Shown piece by piece: positions 36,677 to 47,216 of a stretch of DNA of 64,000 nucleotides (position 1 is its first letter; every line of letters begins with the position of its first letter). The notes under the pieces were generated by a model that searched no databases, was not told the DNA's origin, and worked only from the letters and a program-made list of their open reading frames with translations. The position numbers and the translations under genes were made by a program. The DNA is from an uncultured Actinomycetota bacterium. Its GTDB lineage: Bacteria > Actinomycetota > Actinomycetes > Propionibacteriales > Nocardioidaceae. The stretch is from positions 11,761-75,760 of the forward strand of contig CAVVOE010000010.1 of NCBI GenBank assembly GCA_963749865.1, written 5' to 3'.

Positions 36677-37638
36677 GGCTGGGGTGGCCCGTGGGTGGGG
36701 TCGACGCCGTCGAACAGGCTGCTGACCGACTCACCGGCGTGGATCCGCTCGATGGCGGAGCCGAAGAGACCTGCGACGGAGCGGACCTTGAGCTCGGGCC
36801 AGTCCGCGGGCGCTGGGACCGTGTCGGTGGTGACGACCTCGGTGATCATCGGGTGCTCGCGAAGCCGCTCGATGGCCTTGCCGACGAACAGGCCGTGCGT
36901 GCAGGCCACCGCGGCTGAGGTGCAGCCGCGCTCCGAGAGCCGCTCGAGCAGCTCCACGATGGACCCGCCGGTGGCGATCTCGTCGTCGAGGATGATCGCG
37001 CGCCTGCCCTCGACGTCGCCGACGATCTCGTCGATGACGACCTGGTCGTCGGCCAGCCGCTTCTTCGACCCGGCGGCGACGGGAAGGCCGAGCAGCCGGG
37101 AGAACTGGGTGGCGGTCTTCGCGTTGCCGAAGTCCGGGGAGACCACGATGGCGTCCTCGAGGTCCTGGCCCTGGAAGTGGTCGGCGAGCACTCCGAGGGC
37201 GGTCAGGTGGTCGACCGGGACCGAGAAGAAGCCGTGCACCTGCGGGGCGTGCAGCGTCATGGTGATCACCCGGTTCGCGCCGGCCGCCACCAGGAGATCC
37301 GCGACCAGCCGGCCGCCGATCGAGAGGCGGGAGGCGTCCTTCTTGTCCGAGCGCGCGTAGGCGTAGTACGGGATCACCGCAGTGATCTGCTGGGCGGAGG
37401 CGCCGCGAGCGGCGTCGAGCATGAGGAGCAGCTCCATGAGGTGCTCCTGGGTCGCCGGCACCAACGGCTGGATGATGAACACGTCGCGCTGGCGGCAGTT
37501 CGCCTGGAGCTGGGCCTGGAGGCAGTCGTTGCTGAACCGGGTCAGCTCGACCGAGCTGAGCTCGACCCCGAGCGAGTCACAGACGGCGGTGGCGAAGGGT
37601 CGGTGGGCGCTGCCGCTGAAGACGACGATCTCGCGCAA
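36661..37638 (-). CDS. prs: Ribose-phosphate diphosphokinase family protein (divergent paralogue)
   Basis: FSGSAH, MTLHAPQVHGFF, VVSPDFGNAK, ILDDEIATGGS. TTG start at 37638 follows GGGGAGAG. YARSDKKD replaces the usual YARQDRK. Confidence 0.8.
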   Translation of the reverse strand: MREIVVFSGSAHRPFATAVCDSLGVELSSVELTRFSNDCLQAQLQANCRQRDVFIIQPLVPATQEHLMELLLMLDAARGASAQQITAVIPYYAYARSDKKDASRLSIGGRLVADLLVAAGANRVITMTLHAPQVHGFFSVPVDHLTALGVLADHFQGQDLEDAIVVSPDFGNAKTATQFSRLLGLPVAAGSKKRLADDQVVIDEIVGDVEGRRAIILDDEIATGGSIVELLERLSERGCTSAAVACTHGLFVGKAIERLREHPMITEVVTTDTVPAPADWPELKVRSVAGLFGSAIERIHAGESVSSLFDGVDPTHGPPQPRLFD

Positions 37639-37664
37639 CTGCTCTCCCCGGTGACCGGCGGTGG

Positions 37665-38828
37665 CTACTCGACGTCGGGAGCGTAACTGCGCACGACCGG
37701 GTGTGCCATGGCACGTCCGTGCGGTGTCCGAGTGGCCAGCTCGTGCCGGGTGGGGAACGGGTTGAACCGGCAGCCCTGCAGCCCCTTCGACTGCTGCTGC
37801 ATGACCGGGGCGAGCCGGCCACGACCGGGACAGTTGGCGTGGCCGAGGCCGAGCCAGTGGCCGGTCTCGTGGTTGACCACCATGTGCCGGTAGTCGCGCA
37901 GCGGCAGGTGCGCGGCGTTCCAGGCGGGTGAGGCGTTCTTCCAGCGGTCCTGGTTGATGATCACGTAGCGGCCCACCCGGCAGCTCCACATCGAGCTGCA
38001 GGCCGACGAGAAGCGCGACACCAGGCTGGCCTGGGAGAGCACCAGCGTGAACGCGCCGCCGCGCTTGACCGGCACGAATCGGATGCCGGCGGCGCGCCAC
38101 CCGCGCGGGTCGTCGTAGGTCTGCTGCGCCAGGCTGCGGAACTCCTTCAGGCTCGTGGTGATCCTGCCGCGGGTCTCGACGTGGTAGCGGACAGTTCGGC
38201 GTACGTCGATCCGGTGCCTGACCCTCGGGGTCCGGTCCGTGACCACCTCCAGCGGCTGGTAGCCCGGCGACAGCACGGTCAGCCGGACCCGGAGCCGGGT
38301 GCCGACGTCCTCCGGCCTGATCTCGTACTTCCGGTCGGTCGCGCCCTCGATCAGCGTGCGACCACGCAGCCACTGGTAGGTCACCTTCGACGGCTCCGCG
38401 CTGTACCGTCCCGGCCGCGCGGCCAGCGTCTGCGTCCACCGCGCCTCACCGGCGACCTTCTGGCCGTGCCTGGCCATCAGGGTGGCCCGCTGCACCGGCC
38501 CGGTCGGCGCCGAGGTCGCGGTGCCACTGTCGCCGAGACCGTCGGTCGCCGTCACGGTCACCGACAGCGCGTGGCCGAGGTCATCGAGACCGGGCTGGTA
38601 CGTCGAGCCCGTCGCCGGCACGATCGGCTGGCCGTCGCGCAGCCACTGGAATGAGTACGCCGTCGCGGCCGGCGCCCACTGGCCGGGATCGGCGGTCAGC
38701 GTGGCGGCGTACTCCGCCGTGCCGCTGATGCTCGGTGGCACGACCGGAGCCAGGGCTGCCTGGGCGGGGGCCGCGAGGAGGGTGCTGCCAGCAAACGCCA
38801 GGAGGACGGCGAGGAGGAGGCGTCTCAT
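37665..38828 (-). CDS. Secreted DUF3152-like zinc metalloprotease with two N-terminal Ig-like repeats
   Basis: Signal MRRLLLAVLLAFAGSTLLAAPAQA. Repeats YSFQWLRDGQPI.. and VTYQWLRGRTLI... HExxH motif VNHETGHWLGLGH. Confidence 0.65.
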   Translation of the reverse strand: MRRLLLAVLLAFAGSTLLAAPAQAALAPVVPPSISGTAEYAATLTADPGQWAPAATAYSFQWLRDGQPIVPATGSTYQPGLDDLGHALSVTVTATDGLGDSGTATSAPTGPVQRATLMARHGQKVAGEARWTQTLAARPGRYSAEPSKVTYQWLRGRTLIEGATDRKYEIRPEDVGTRLRVRLTVLSPGYQPLEVVTDRTPRVRHRIDVRRTVRYHVETRGRITTSLKEFRSLAQQTYDDPRGWRAAGIRFVPVKRGGAFTLVLSQASLVSRFSSACSSMWSCRVGRYVIINQDRWKNASPAWNAAHLPLRDYRHMVVNHETGHWLGLGHANCPGRGRLAPVMQQQSKGLQGCRFNPFPTRHELATRTPHGRAMAHPVVRSYAPDVE

Positions 38829-39085
38829 CGGGTCACGACGATAGCCGCGGGGGTCCACAATGCCGGGATGCACCTCGAGCTGATGACCACGGTGGCCGTG
38901 CCGGCGCTGCGCCACCGCCCACGTCGGGTGCGGCCACGGCGCCTCCACGGTGCCGATGGCGCAGGCGTTCCCGGCCTCGCACTGTCGAGCCGATGGCCGG
39001 CGACCGGATCGAGGACGACCTCAACCCAGTCGGGCGCGTACGACGGCGGGTTACTCATCAGCAGCAACGCCGACTCGGCGGGGCG

Positions 39086-40051
<966 letters not shown>

Positions 40052-40324
40052 CTAACCGCCGGCCACCGCCGGCAGCACCACGACCTGGTCGCCGTCGGTG
40101 AGCTCGGCCTCCAGCCCGCCGAGGAAGCGGACGTCCTCGTCGTTGACGTAGACGTTGACGAACCGGCGCAGGTCACCGTCGTCGATCAGCCGCTCCTTGA
40201 TGCCCGAGTGCTTCGACTCGAGGTCGTCGATGAGCGCGCTGAGGTTGGGTCCCTCGCCCGTCACAGACTTCTCCCCGTCGGTGAAGGTGCGCAGGATGGT
40301 CGGGATCCGGACCTCGATGGCCAT
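40052..40324 (-). CDS. cysO: MoaD/ThiS-family sulfur carrier protein
   Basis: 90 aa ending in ..LPAVAGG. Confidence 0.85.
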   Translation of the reverse strand: MAIEVRIPTILRTFTDGEKSVTGEGPNLSALIDDLESKHSGIKERLIDDGDLRRFVNVYVNDEDVRFLGGLEAELTDGDQVVVLPAVAGG

Positions 40325-40794
40325 CAGGCTGAACTCCTAGCAGTTGGTTGGTCGCCGACGTCACCGGTGATCTCCACAGTTTCCTCGGTCACCTCGCCGT
40401 CGACGATCCTGTACGACCTGAACTCGACCGGGCCGTCGTTATTCCCCCCGTCCTGGTCGAAACAGTCGCGGGTGCTGACCAGCACGTAGTGGGCGCCGGG
40501 CTCCATGGCCAGCCCGATGTCGGTGCGGCTGGGGTAGGCCTCGGTCGCGGTGTGCGAGTGGTAGACGACCACCGGCTCCTCGTCGTTGGCGTCCATCTCC
40601 TTGTAGAGCTGGAGCAGGTCGGTGGAGTCGAACTCGTAGAACGTCGGGCTGCCGGCGGCGTTCACCATCTCGACCAGGCGCTCCGCGCGGTCGCTGCCCG
40701 CGGGGCCGGCGACGACGCCGCAGGCCTCAACCGGGTGGTCCCGCTTGGCGTGCGCGACGATCGCGTCGTAGGTCGCCCGGTCGAGTCTCAGCAC
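40324..40794 (-). CDS. mec: JAMM/MPN+ metalloprotease Mec
   Basis: EACG..., then the HSHTATEAYPSRTD JAMM motif. Confidence 0.85.
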   Translation of the reverse strand: MLRLDRATYDAIVAHAKRDHPVEACGVVAGPAGSDRAERLVEMVNAAGSPTFYEFDSTDLLQLYKEMDANDEEPVVVYHSHTATEAYPSRTDIGLAMEPGAHYVLVSTRDCFDQDGGNNDGPVEFRSYRIVDGEVTEETVEITGDVGDQPTARSSA

Positions 40795-40838
40795 CGTCCA
40801 AGGCTACGGGGATCGCGGCCCGTACCCCCGCGGCGGGC

Positions 40839-41426
40839 TCAGCGTGCGGACAGTGCCTGGACCAGGGACTCCTGCAGGTAGCCGACCCATTCATAGATCT
40901 CGTGCGCCTGCGACCGCGGATCGTCGTCGGGCAGCGAGTGCCAGTAGCCCTCGTCGCCCTCCTCGACCTCCAGACGGGTCGCGAGCGCGAGCCGGAGGTC
41001 GGTGAAGGAGCGCATCCAGGTCTCGGCGGTGGGCTGGTCGAGCTCGACGTCGATCATCAGCCCCTCCTCGGTCAGCTCGGGCGGCAGCCCGGCCTCCTCC
41101 AGCCCGTCGATGATCGTGATCGCGGAGTTCGCCTTGCCGTCGCGCAGGCCGCCCTCGGTGAACCGCCGGAACTCCGCCGCGGCCTCCTCGTCGCGCTGGT
41201 ACGCCGTGGGGAACAGCCGGGCCAGCACCGGGTCCTCGGGCTCGGCGGTCGGCCCGCTGAAGTCCATGAGCGCCTCGAGCGGGTCTCTGTCGTCGCGCGG
41301 GACGGCGGCCTCGTTGCGGAGCAGCTCCACGAGCTGGGCGGCCAGCGAGCGCAGCAGGTCGGCCTCGAGGCCGGTGAAGTTGGCGATGAGGTGCTTGCTC
41401 CGGCGGTGGCGGGTGAAGCCGCTCAC
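40839..41426 (-). CDS. DUF2017-like acidic protein
   Basis: Located after clpS and acidic in composition. The family name is recalled from memory, not searched. Confidence 0.55.
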   Translation of the reverse strand: MSGFTRHRRSKHLIANFTGLEADLLRSLAAQLVELLRNEAAVPRDDRDPLEALMDFSGPTAEPEDPVLARLFPTAYQRDEEAAAEFRRFTEGGLRDGKANSAITIIDGLEEAGLPPELTEEGLMIDVELDQPTAETWMRSFTDLRLALATRLEVEEGDEGYWHSLPDDDPRSQAHEIYEWVGYLQESLVQALSAR

Positions 41427-41430
41427 GGCA

Positions 41431-41745
41431 TCACTGCTTGTCCAAAGTCGCCCACAGGCCGTACTCGTGCATCGCCTGCACGTCTCGCTCCATCTCCTCG
41501 CGACTTCCGGTGCTGACCACGGACTTTCCGTCCTGGTGGACCTCGAGCATCAGCTTCTCGGCCTTCTTCTTCTCGTATCCGAAGTACTTCTGGAACACGT
41601 AGGTGACGTAGGACATCAGGTTGACCGGGTCGTTCCACACGATCGTGACCCACGGGACCGCCAGCACGGTGATCTCGTCGGGGGTGCTCGTCGGCTCGAC
41701 CTCGACGGGGGAAGCGGCGGACACGTTGCCCATGTTGCCACGCAC
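41431..41745 (-). CDS. clpS: ATP-dependent Clp protease adaptor ClpS
   Basis: [27 protein letters not shown] core. The start could instead be ATG 41733. Confidence 0.88.
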   Translation of the reverse strand: MRGNMGNVSAASPVEVEPTSTPDEITVLAVPWVTIVWNDPVNLMSYVTYVFQKYFGYEKKKAEKLMLEVHQDGKSVVSTGSREEMERDVQAMHEYGLWATLDKQ

Positions 41746-41758
41746 CTAGGGTGACCTC

Positions 41759-43057
41759 GTGGGACCCACCTCGACCGCGCTGCTGACCGACCACTACGAG
41801 CTGACCATGCTCCAGGCGGCGCTCGCAGGCGGTACGGCGCAGCGGCGGTCGGTCTTCGAGCTGTTCGGGCGCCGGCTCCCCGAGGGACGGCGATACGGGG
41901 TGGTGGCGGGCGTCGGCCGGGCCCTGGACGCGATCGAGGCGTTCCGGTTCGACGACGAGACGCTGCGGGCCCTGGACGACGTGGTGGACGCTGCCACGCT
42001 GGAGTGGCTGGCCGGTTACCAGTTCACCGGCGACATCTGGGGCTATGCCGAGGGCGACGCCTACTTCGCGCACTCGCCCCTGCTCATCGTCGAGGCCAGC
42101 TTCGCCGAGGCGGTGGTGCTCGAGACGCTCCTCCTGTCGATCTACAACCACGACTCGGCCATCGCCTCCGCGGCCTCCCGGATGACCTGCGTGGCCGGTG
42201 ACCGGCCGTGCATCGAGATGGGCTCGCGGCGCACCCACGAGGAGGCGGCGGTCGCGGCCGCCCGCGCGGCGTACATCGCGGGCTTCGCGACCACCTCCAA
42301 CCTCGCCGCGCGGGCCCGGTACGGCGTACCGACCGCCGGCACCAGCGCGCACTCGTTCACGTTGCTGCACGACAGCGAGGAGGACGCGTTCCGGGCGCAG
42401 GTGACCTCGCTGGGCAGGGGCACGACGCTGCTGGTCGACACCTACGACGTCGCGGAGGCGGTCCGGCTCGGCGTCGAGGTCGCCGGCCCCGAGCTCGGCG
42501 CGGTCCGCCTCGACTCGGGCGACCTCGGCCTGCTGGCCGAGGAGGTGCGCGCCCAGCTCGACTCGCTCGGCGCCACGGAGACCCGGATCGTCGTGACCAG
42601 CGACCTCGACGAGTACGCCATCGCGGCGCTCGCCTCCGCTCCGGTGGACGGGTACGGCGTCGGCACCCAGCTGGTGACGGGCAGCGGCCACCCCACGTCC
42701 GGCTTCGTCTACAAGCTGGTCGCCCGCCAGAACGACGACGGGGTGCTGCAGTCGGTGGCCAAGAAGAGCGTCGACAAGATCTCGGTCGGCGGCCGCAAGT
42801 ACGCACTGCGCCGGCGCTCGCGCGACGGGGTCGCGGAGGCCGAGGTGATCGGCATCGGCGCCCCGTCCGAGAACGACGGCGACGATCGAGAGCTTCTGGT
42901 CCCCCTGGTCCGCAGCGGCGAGGTGGTCGGCCGCGAGCCGCTGGACGCCGCCCGCGACCGGCACGCGGCGGCCCGCGCCGAGCTGCCGCCGGCGGCGCAC
43001 CAGATGTCGCGCGGCGAGCCGGTGATCCCGACCGTCTTCGAGGGAGATCACGGCTGA
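41759..43057 (+). CDS. pncB: Nicotinate phosphoribosyltransferase
   Basis: LLTDHYELTMLQAAL N-terminus, MGSRRTH, GTSAHSF. Confidence 0.88.
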   Translation: MGPTSTALLTDHYELTMLQAALAGGTAQRRSVFELFGRRLPEGRRYGVVAGVGRALDAIEAFRFDDETLRALDDVVDAATLEWLAGYQFTGDIWGYAEGDAYFAHSPLLIVEASFAEAVVLETLLLSIYNHDSAIASAASRMTCVAGDRPCIEMGSRRTHEEAAVAAARAAYIAGFATTSNLAARARYGVPTAGTSAHSFTLLHDSEEDAFRAQVTSLGRGTTLLVDTYDVAEAVRLGVEVAGPELGAVRLDSGDLGLLAEEVRAQLDSLGATETRIVVTSDLDEYAIAALASAPVDGYGVGTQLVTGSGHPTSGFVYKLVARQNDDGVLQSVAKKSVDKISVGGRKYALRRRSRDGVAEAEVIGIGAPSENDGDDRELLVPLVRSGEVVGREPLDAARDRHAAARAELPPAAHQMSRGEPVIPTVFEGDHG

Positions 43058-43842
43058 TGGCCCTGGTGACCTGCGACTTCTTCTCCGAGTCCCTGATGGT
43101 CGGGACCTCGGCCACCGTGGTGCTCCCCCAGGCCACCGAAGAGCAGATCGGGCTGATCGACGAGCCGTTCGACGGACCGCCACCCGTCCTGTACCTGCTG
43201 CACGGGCTCTCCGACGACCACACGGCCTGGCTGCGCTACACCTCCATCGAGCGGTACGCCGCCGCCCGGGGCCTCGCCGTCGTCATGCCGGCGGCCGGCC
43301 GCAGCTTCTACGCCGACGAGGCACACGGCCACCCCTACTGGACCTACGTGTCCGAGGAGCTGCCCCGGCTGGTCGGCCAGTTCTTCCGGGTCTCGCAGGA
43401 CCCGGCGGACACCTTCGTCGCCGGTCTCTCGATGGGCGGGTACGGCGCCCTCAAGCTCGCCCTCACCCACCCCGGCCGCTACGCCGCCGCGGCCTCGCTC
43501 TCCGGCGCGCTCGACATCGCCCACATCGCCAAGCAGCCGGACCGCGACGAGCTGATCGGACGGGTCTTCGACCACCGGATCGGCCCCGGGGACGACCTGT
43601 TCGCGCTGCTGAAGTCGGCGCCGAGCATCCCGCCGCTGCACGTGTCCTGCGGCACCGAGGACTGGCTGGAGGGCGCCAACCGGAAGTTCGTGACGGCCGC
43701 CGAGGCTGCCGGTGCCGACGTCACCAGCGACTTCCGCCCCGGTGAGCACGAGTGGTCACTGTGGGACGCGGTCATCCAGGACGTCGTCGCCTGGCTGCCG
43801 GTCCGGCCCCAGGGCGCGGCCCCATTAGGGTCTGAACCGTGA
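43057..43842 (+). CDS. Esterase family protein (esterase D / tributyrin esterase-like)
   Basis: LLHGLSDDH and GLSMGGYGA nucleophile elbow. The ATG overlaps the pncB stop (TGATG). Confidence 0.75.
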   Translation: MALVTCDFFSESLMVGTSATVVLPQATEEQIGLIDEPFDGPPPVLYLLHGLSDDHTAWLRYTSIERYAAARGLAVVMPAAGRSFYADEAHGHPYWTYVSEELPRLVGQFFRVSQDPADTFVAGLSMGGYGALKLALTHPGRYAAAASLSGALDIAHIAKQPDRDELIGRVFDHRIGPGDDLFALLKSAPSIPPLHVSCGTEDWLEGANRKFVTAAEAAGADVTSDFRPGEHEWSLWDAVIQDVVAWLPVRPQGAAPLGSEP

Positions 43843-44396
43843 AGTCCGCGCTGATCGTGGTCGACGTGCAGAACGACTTCTGTGAAGGCGGGTCGCTGCC
43901 CGTGACCGGCGGCGCCGAGGTCGCCATCGAGATCGCCGAGCTGCTGCGCGGCGGGACGGCGTACGACCACGTCGTGGCGACCAAGGACCACCACGTCGAC
44001 CCCGGCGACCACTGGGCCAAGGAGCCGGACTTCGTCGACTCGTGGCCGGTGCACTGCCGGGTCGGGACCGAGGGGGAGGCGTTCCACCCCAACCTCGACC
44101 CGCAGCCGTTCGACGCGATCTTCCTCAAGGGCGAGCACGCCGCGGCGTACTCCGGCTTCGAGGGCAGCCACGACGGCCAGCCGCTCGCGGACTGGCTGCG
44201 CACACACGAGGTGACCCGGGTCGACATCTGCGGCATCGCCACCGACCACTGCGTGCGGGCCACCGCACTCGACTCGGCCCGCGAGGGGTTCGACACCACC
44301 GTGCTCGTCGACCTGTGCGCCGGGGTGGCGACCGAGACCACCGAGGCCGCCATGGCCGCCATGCACGAGGCGGGCGTGACCCTTGCTGGAGACTGA
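43839..44396 (+). CDS. pncA: Nicotinamidase/pyrazinamidase (isochorismatase family)
   Basis: ALIVVDVQNDFCEGGSL, and ICGIATDHCV with the catalytic Cys. Confidence 0.88.
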   Translation: MKSALIVVDVQNDFCEGGSLPVTGGAEVAIEIAELLRGGTAYDHVVATKDHHVDPGDHWAKEPDFVDSWPVHCRVGTEGEAFHPNLDPQPFDAIFLKGEHAAAYSGFEGSHDGQPLADWLRTHEVTRVDICGIATDHCVRATALDSAREGFDTTVLVDLCAGVATETTEAAMAAMHEAGVTLAGD

Positions 44397-45180
44397 GGAC
44401 CTGCTGGTCGAGCTCCGCCGGACCTCCGACGACCAGGGCGGCGCGCTCTGGCTGACCTTCAACCGCCCGGACTTCTTCAACGCGTTCAGCGGCGAGCTGT
44501 CCGTCGCGCTGGCGGAGCGGCTCGAGGACGCCGGGACGAACGACGAGGTGCGGGTCGTCGTCCTCACCGGCGCCGGGCCGGCCTTCAGCGCCGGTGCCGA
44601 CATCTCCGGCGAGAACGCCGTCGAACGTTTCGACGTCCGCGCCCTCGACGCGGCCAACCGGATCATCCGGGCCGTCACCGGCTGCCCGAAGCCGGTGGTG
44701 GCCGCGGTGAACGGTGTAGCCGCCGGGGTCGGGTGCTCGACCGCGCTGGCCGCGGACCTCGTCGTCGCCACCGAGTCGGCCAGCTTCCTGCTCGCCTTCG
44801 CGCGGATCGGGCTGATGCCGGACGGCGGCACCTCGGCCACCGTGGCGGCGGCGATCGGCCGGGCGCGCGCGATGCGGATGGCCCTGCTGGGCGAGCCGCT
44901 CACCGCGCGGGAGGCGTACGACGCCGGGCTGGTCAGCCACGTGGCCACCGACGCCGATTACCCCGGGCTCGTCGACAAGATCGTGCGACGGCTGGTCAAG
45001 GGCGCACCGCTCGCGCAGGCGGCCACCAAGAAGGCGGTCAACGCGGCGACCCTCGACCAGCTCGAGCCCGCGCTGGAACGCGAGCGCACCGGTCAGACCA
45101 TCTTGCTGCGGACCGACGACGCTGCCGAGGGCATGCTGGCCTTCGGGGAGCGACGCCGGCCCGTCTTCCGCGGGTCGTGA
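44383..45180 (+). CDS. Enoyl-CoA hydratase/isomerase family protein
   Basis: VVLTGAGPAFSAGADI and GLMPDGG. The start (TTG 44383) is uncertain. Confidence 0.8.
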   Translation: MLETEDLLVELRRTSDDQGGALWLTFNRPDFFNAFSGELSVALAERLEDAGTNDEVRVVVLTGAGPAFSAGADISGENAVERFDVRALDAANRIIRAVTGCPKPVVAAVNGVAAGVGCSTALAADLVVATESASFLLAFARIGLMPDGGTSATVAAAIGRARAMRMALLGEPLTAREAYDAGLVSHVATDADYPGLVDKIVRRLVKGAPLAQAATKKAVNAATLDQLEPALERERTGQTILLRTDDAAEGMLAFGERRRPVFRGS

Positions 45181-45187
45181 GCGTCGG

Positions 45188-47104
45188 TCAGGTGACCGTG
45201 ATGTCGGCGCCCTGGTTGACCAGCTTCCAGTCGACGCTGGCGAAGTTGGCCGGGTCGATCGTGTGGTTGGTGGTGACCCAGTCGATCAGGAGCTGGCGGA
45301 TCTCCACCTGCTGGTTGTAGATCACCGGCGCCGTCGAGACGGCCGGGAAGCCGCCACCGCCGGACTGGCGGTAGTTGTTGACCGCCAGCGCGAACTGCTG
45401 GGTCGGCGTCACTGCGACGTTGTCGTACTTCAGCTCGAGGATCCGGGAGCTGACCTCCTGGCCGATGTCGATCTTGTAGGTCAGCTTCTTGTCCAGCCCG
45501 GCCACCGAGTCGAAGTTGTAGTCGGGCGTGCCGTTGGGCGCGGCCGGGGTGACCGCGTTGGTGACGTCGGCCATCGGGAACGACGTGCCGGCGCCGACCT
45601 TCTTGAAGTAGCGCGCCGAGAACTCGAGGTAGTCCTTCAGCTGGGCGCCGGTGATCCGCACCGCAAGCAGGGTGTTGTCGTAGATGTACAGCCCGGCCAC
45701 CTGGCGCACGCTGACCTGGCCGGCCGGGAACGACGCGGTCCGGCTGAACGGCGCGGCGATCGACAGCACCGGCAGGGTGGCGTCGGCTCCGGTGAGCCCG
45801 GCCTTGACCGCCTGCCCCTGGACGTACTGGACGAAGTCGATGATCGGGACGTCCTCGACCACGGCCCGGGCGGCCGACATCGCGGCCGTCGAGGTGCCGA
45901 TCGGCGCGTTGACGTAGGTGACGACCTTGTCGTGCTGGGCGCGGACCGCCTTGGAGACCTTGCCGTTCTCCTTGGCGGTGCTGGAGTTGAGGAGCTGGCT
46001 GTGGGAGCGCACCAGCTTCCAGCGCTTCTTGCGCTGGTGCCACTCGACGGTCAGGTTCATCACCGCGAGCCGCATGCCCCAGTAGTAGGGCTCGCAGAGC
46101 AGCACCCGCTTGCCGGTCTTGGCGTTGGTGACGAAGCGCTGCGGGATCTCCTTGTGCGCGTGGCCGACCAGGATCGCGTCGATGCCGGGCACCTGCTCGG
46201 CGACCAGCGACGCGGCGTTCTCGGGGTAGGGCAGCGCGTTGCCGTACGACGAGGAGGTGTCGGCGCCGGAGTGGGCCGAGACGATGACGAGGTCGCAGCC
46301 CTTCTTCTTCAGCTCGGGGACGTACTTCGCGGCCTGCTCGACGAGGCCGGGGAACTCGACCTTCCCGGAGACGTTGGCCTTGTCCCAGATCGCGACGCCC
46401 GGGGTGACCAGGCCGAGGATGCCGACCTTGAGCCTGCGACCGGGCCCGATGCGGTACTTCTTGATGACGTAGGGCGGGAAGACGGGGCGCTTGGTGGCCG
46501 GGTCGACCGCGTTGGCGCCGAGCAGGGGGAACTCCAGCTGCGACTCGTAGGCGCGCAGCGTGTCGAGGCCGTAGTTGAACTCGTGGTTGCCCAGCGCGGC
46601 GGCGTCGTAGTGCATCTTGTTCATCGCCGCGGCCATCGGGTGCACGCCACCGGCGGTGATCGGCGCGATGCGCGCGTAGTAGTAGGCCAGCGGCGTGCCC
46701 TGGATCGTGTCGCCTGCGTCGAGGAGCAGCACCGGGCCGCGCTTGCGGAACTTCTTGCGCATGCCCTTCACCAAGGTCGCGATCTTGGCGAGGCCGATGT
46801 CGTTGTGCGCGGCGTCGTCGTACTCCTGGTTCTTGTAGTAGTCCCAGTTGAAGACGTTGCCGTGGGAGTCGGTGGTGCCGAGCACGGTGACCCGGACGCG
46901 GTGCCGCCGCTTGCCGCGCCGGCCCTCGCCGAGGTCGTCGTCGTCCGCGAAGGCGGGGCCGGCCAGTCCGGCGGCGGTCAGGGCGGCGGCGCCGGTGAGC
47001 ACGCCGCGGCGTCCGGCCATCGAGGTGCCGAACGCCTCGACGTCGGGGTGGGGCTCGTGCTCTTCGACGGGTGCGTGGGAGTGGGGGTCGTGGGGACGAG
47101 GCAT
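45188..47104 (-). CDS. Tat-exported bifunctional 2',3'-cyclic-nucleotide phosphodiesterase/3'-nucleotidase (5'-nucleotidase family)
   Basis: GRRGVLTGAAALTAAGLAGPAFA Tat-like signal. Metallophosphoesterase motifs (GTTDSHG, DAGDTIQG, GNHEF, SAHSG). C-terminal 5'-nucleotidase domain. Confidence 0.85.
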   Translation of the reverse strand: MPRPHDPHSHAPVEEHEPHPDVEAFGTSMAGRRGVLTGAAALTAAGLAGPAFADDDDLGEGRRGKRRHRVRVTVLGTTDSHGNVFNWDYYKNQEYDDAAHNDIGLAKIATLVKGMRKKFRKRGPVLLLDAGDTIQGTPLAYYYARIAPITAGGVHPMAAAMNKMHYDAAALGNHEFNYGLDTLRAYESQLEFPLLGANAVDPATKRPVFPPYVIKKYRIGPGRRLKVGILGLVTPGVAIWDKANVSGKVEFPGLVEQAAKYVPELKKKGCDLVIVSAHSGADTSSSYGNALPYPENAASLVAEQVPGIDAILVGHAHKEIPQRFVTNAKTGKRVLLCEPYYWGMRLAVMNLTVEWHQRKKRWKLVRSHSQLLNSSTAKENGKVSKAVRAQHDKVVTYVNAPIGTSTAAMSAARAVVEDVPIIDFVQYVQGQAVKAGLTGADATLPVLSIAAPFSRTASFPAGQVSVRQVAGLYIYDNTLLAVRITGAQLKDYLEFSARYFKKVGAGTSFPMADVTNAVTPAAPNGTPDYNFDSVAGLDKKLTYKIDIGQEVSSRILELKYDNVAVTPTQQFALAVNNYRQSGGGGFPAVSTAPVIYNQQVEIRQLLIDWVTTNHTIDPANFASVDWKLVNQGADITVT

Positions 47105-47131
47105 GGGCGAGCTCCCGAGGGTATGAGGGTT

Positions 47132-47187
47132 GCGGGCTGCGGCCCGCGTCAGGACCGGCCCGACGTTCTTATCAAACGGGCCGGACC
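47132..47187 (-). terminator. Two GC-rich hairpins between DUF1697 and the nucleotidase gene (candidate intrinsic terminator without U tract)
   Basis: Hairpin 1: GCGGGC-TGCG-GCCCGC (47132-47147). Hairpin 2: GGACCGGCCCG-14 nt AT-rich loop-CGGGCCGGACC (47152-47187, one mismatch). Confidence 0.4.
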
Positions 47188-47216
47188 GGGCGCTCAGCCG
47201 GGGTCCGGCTCCGGGC

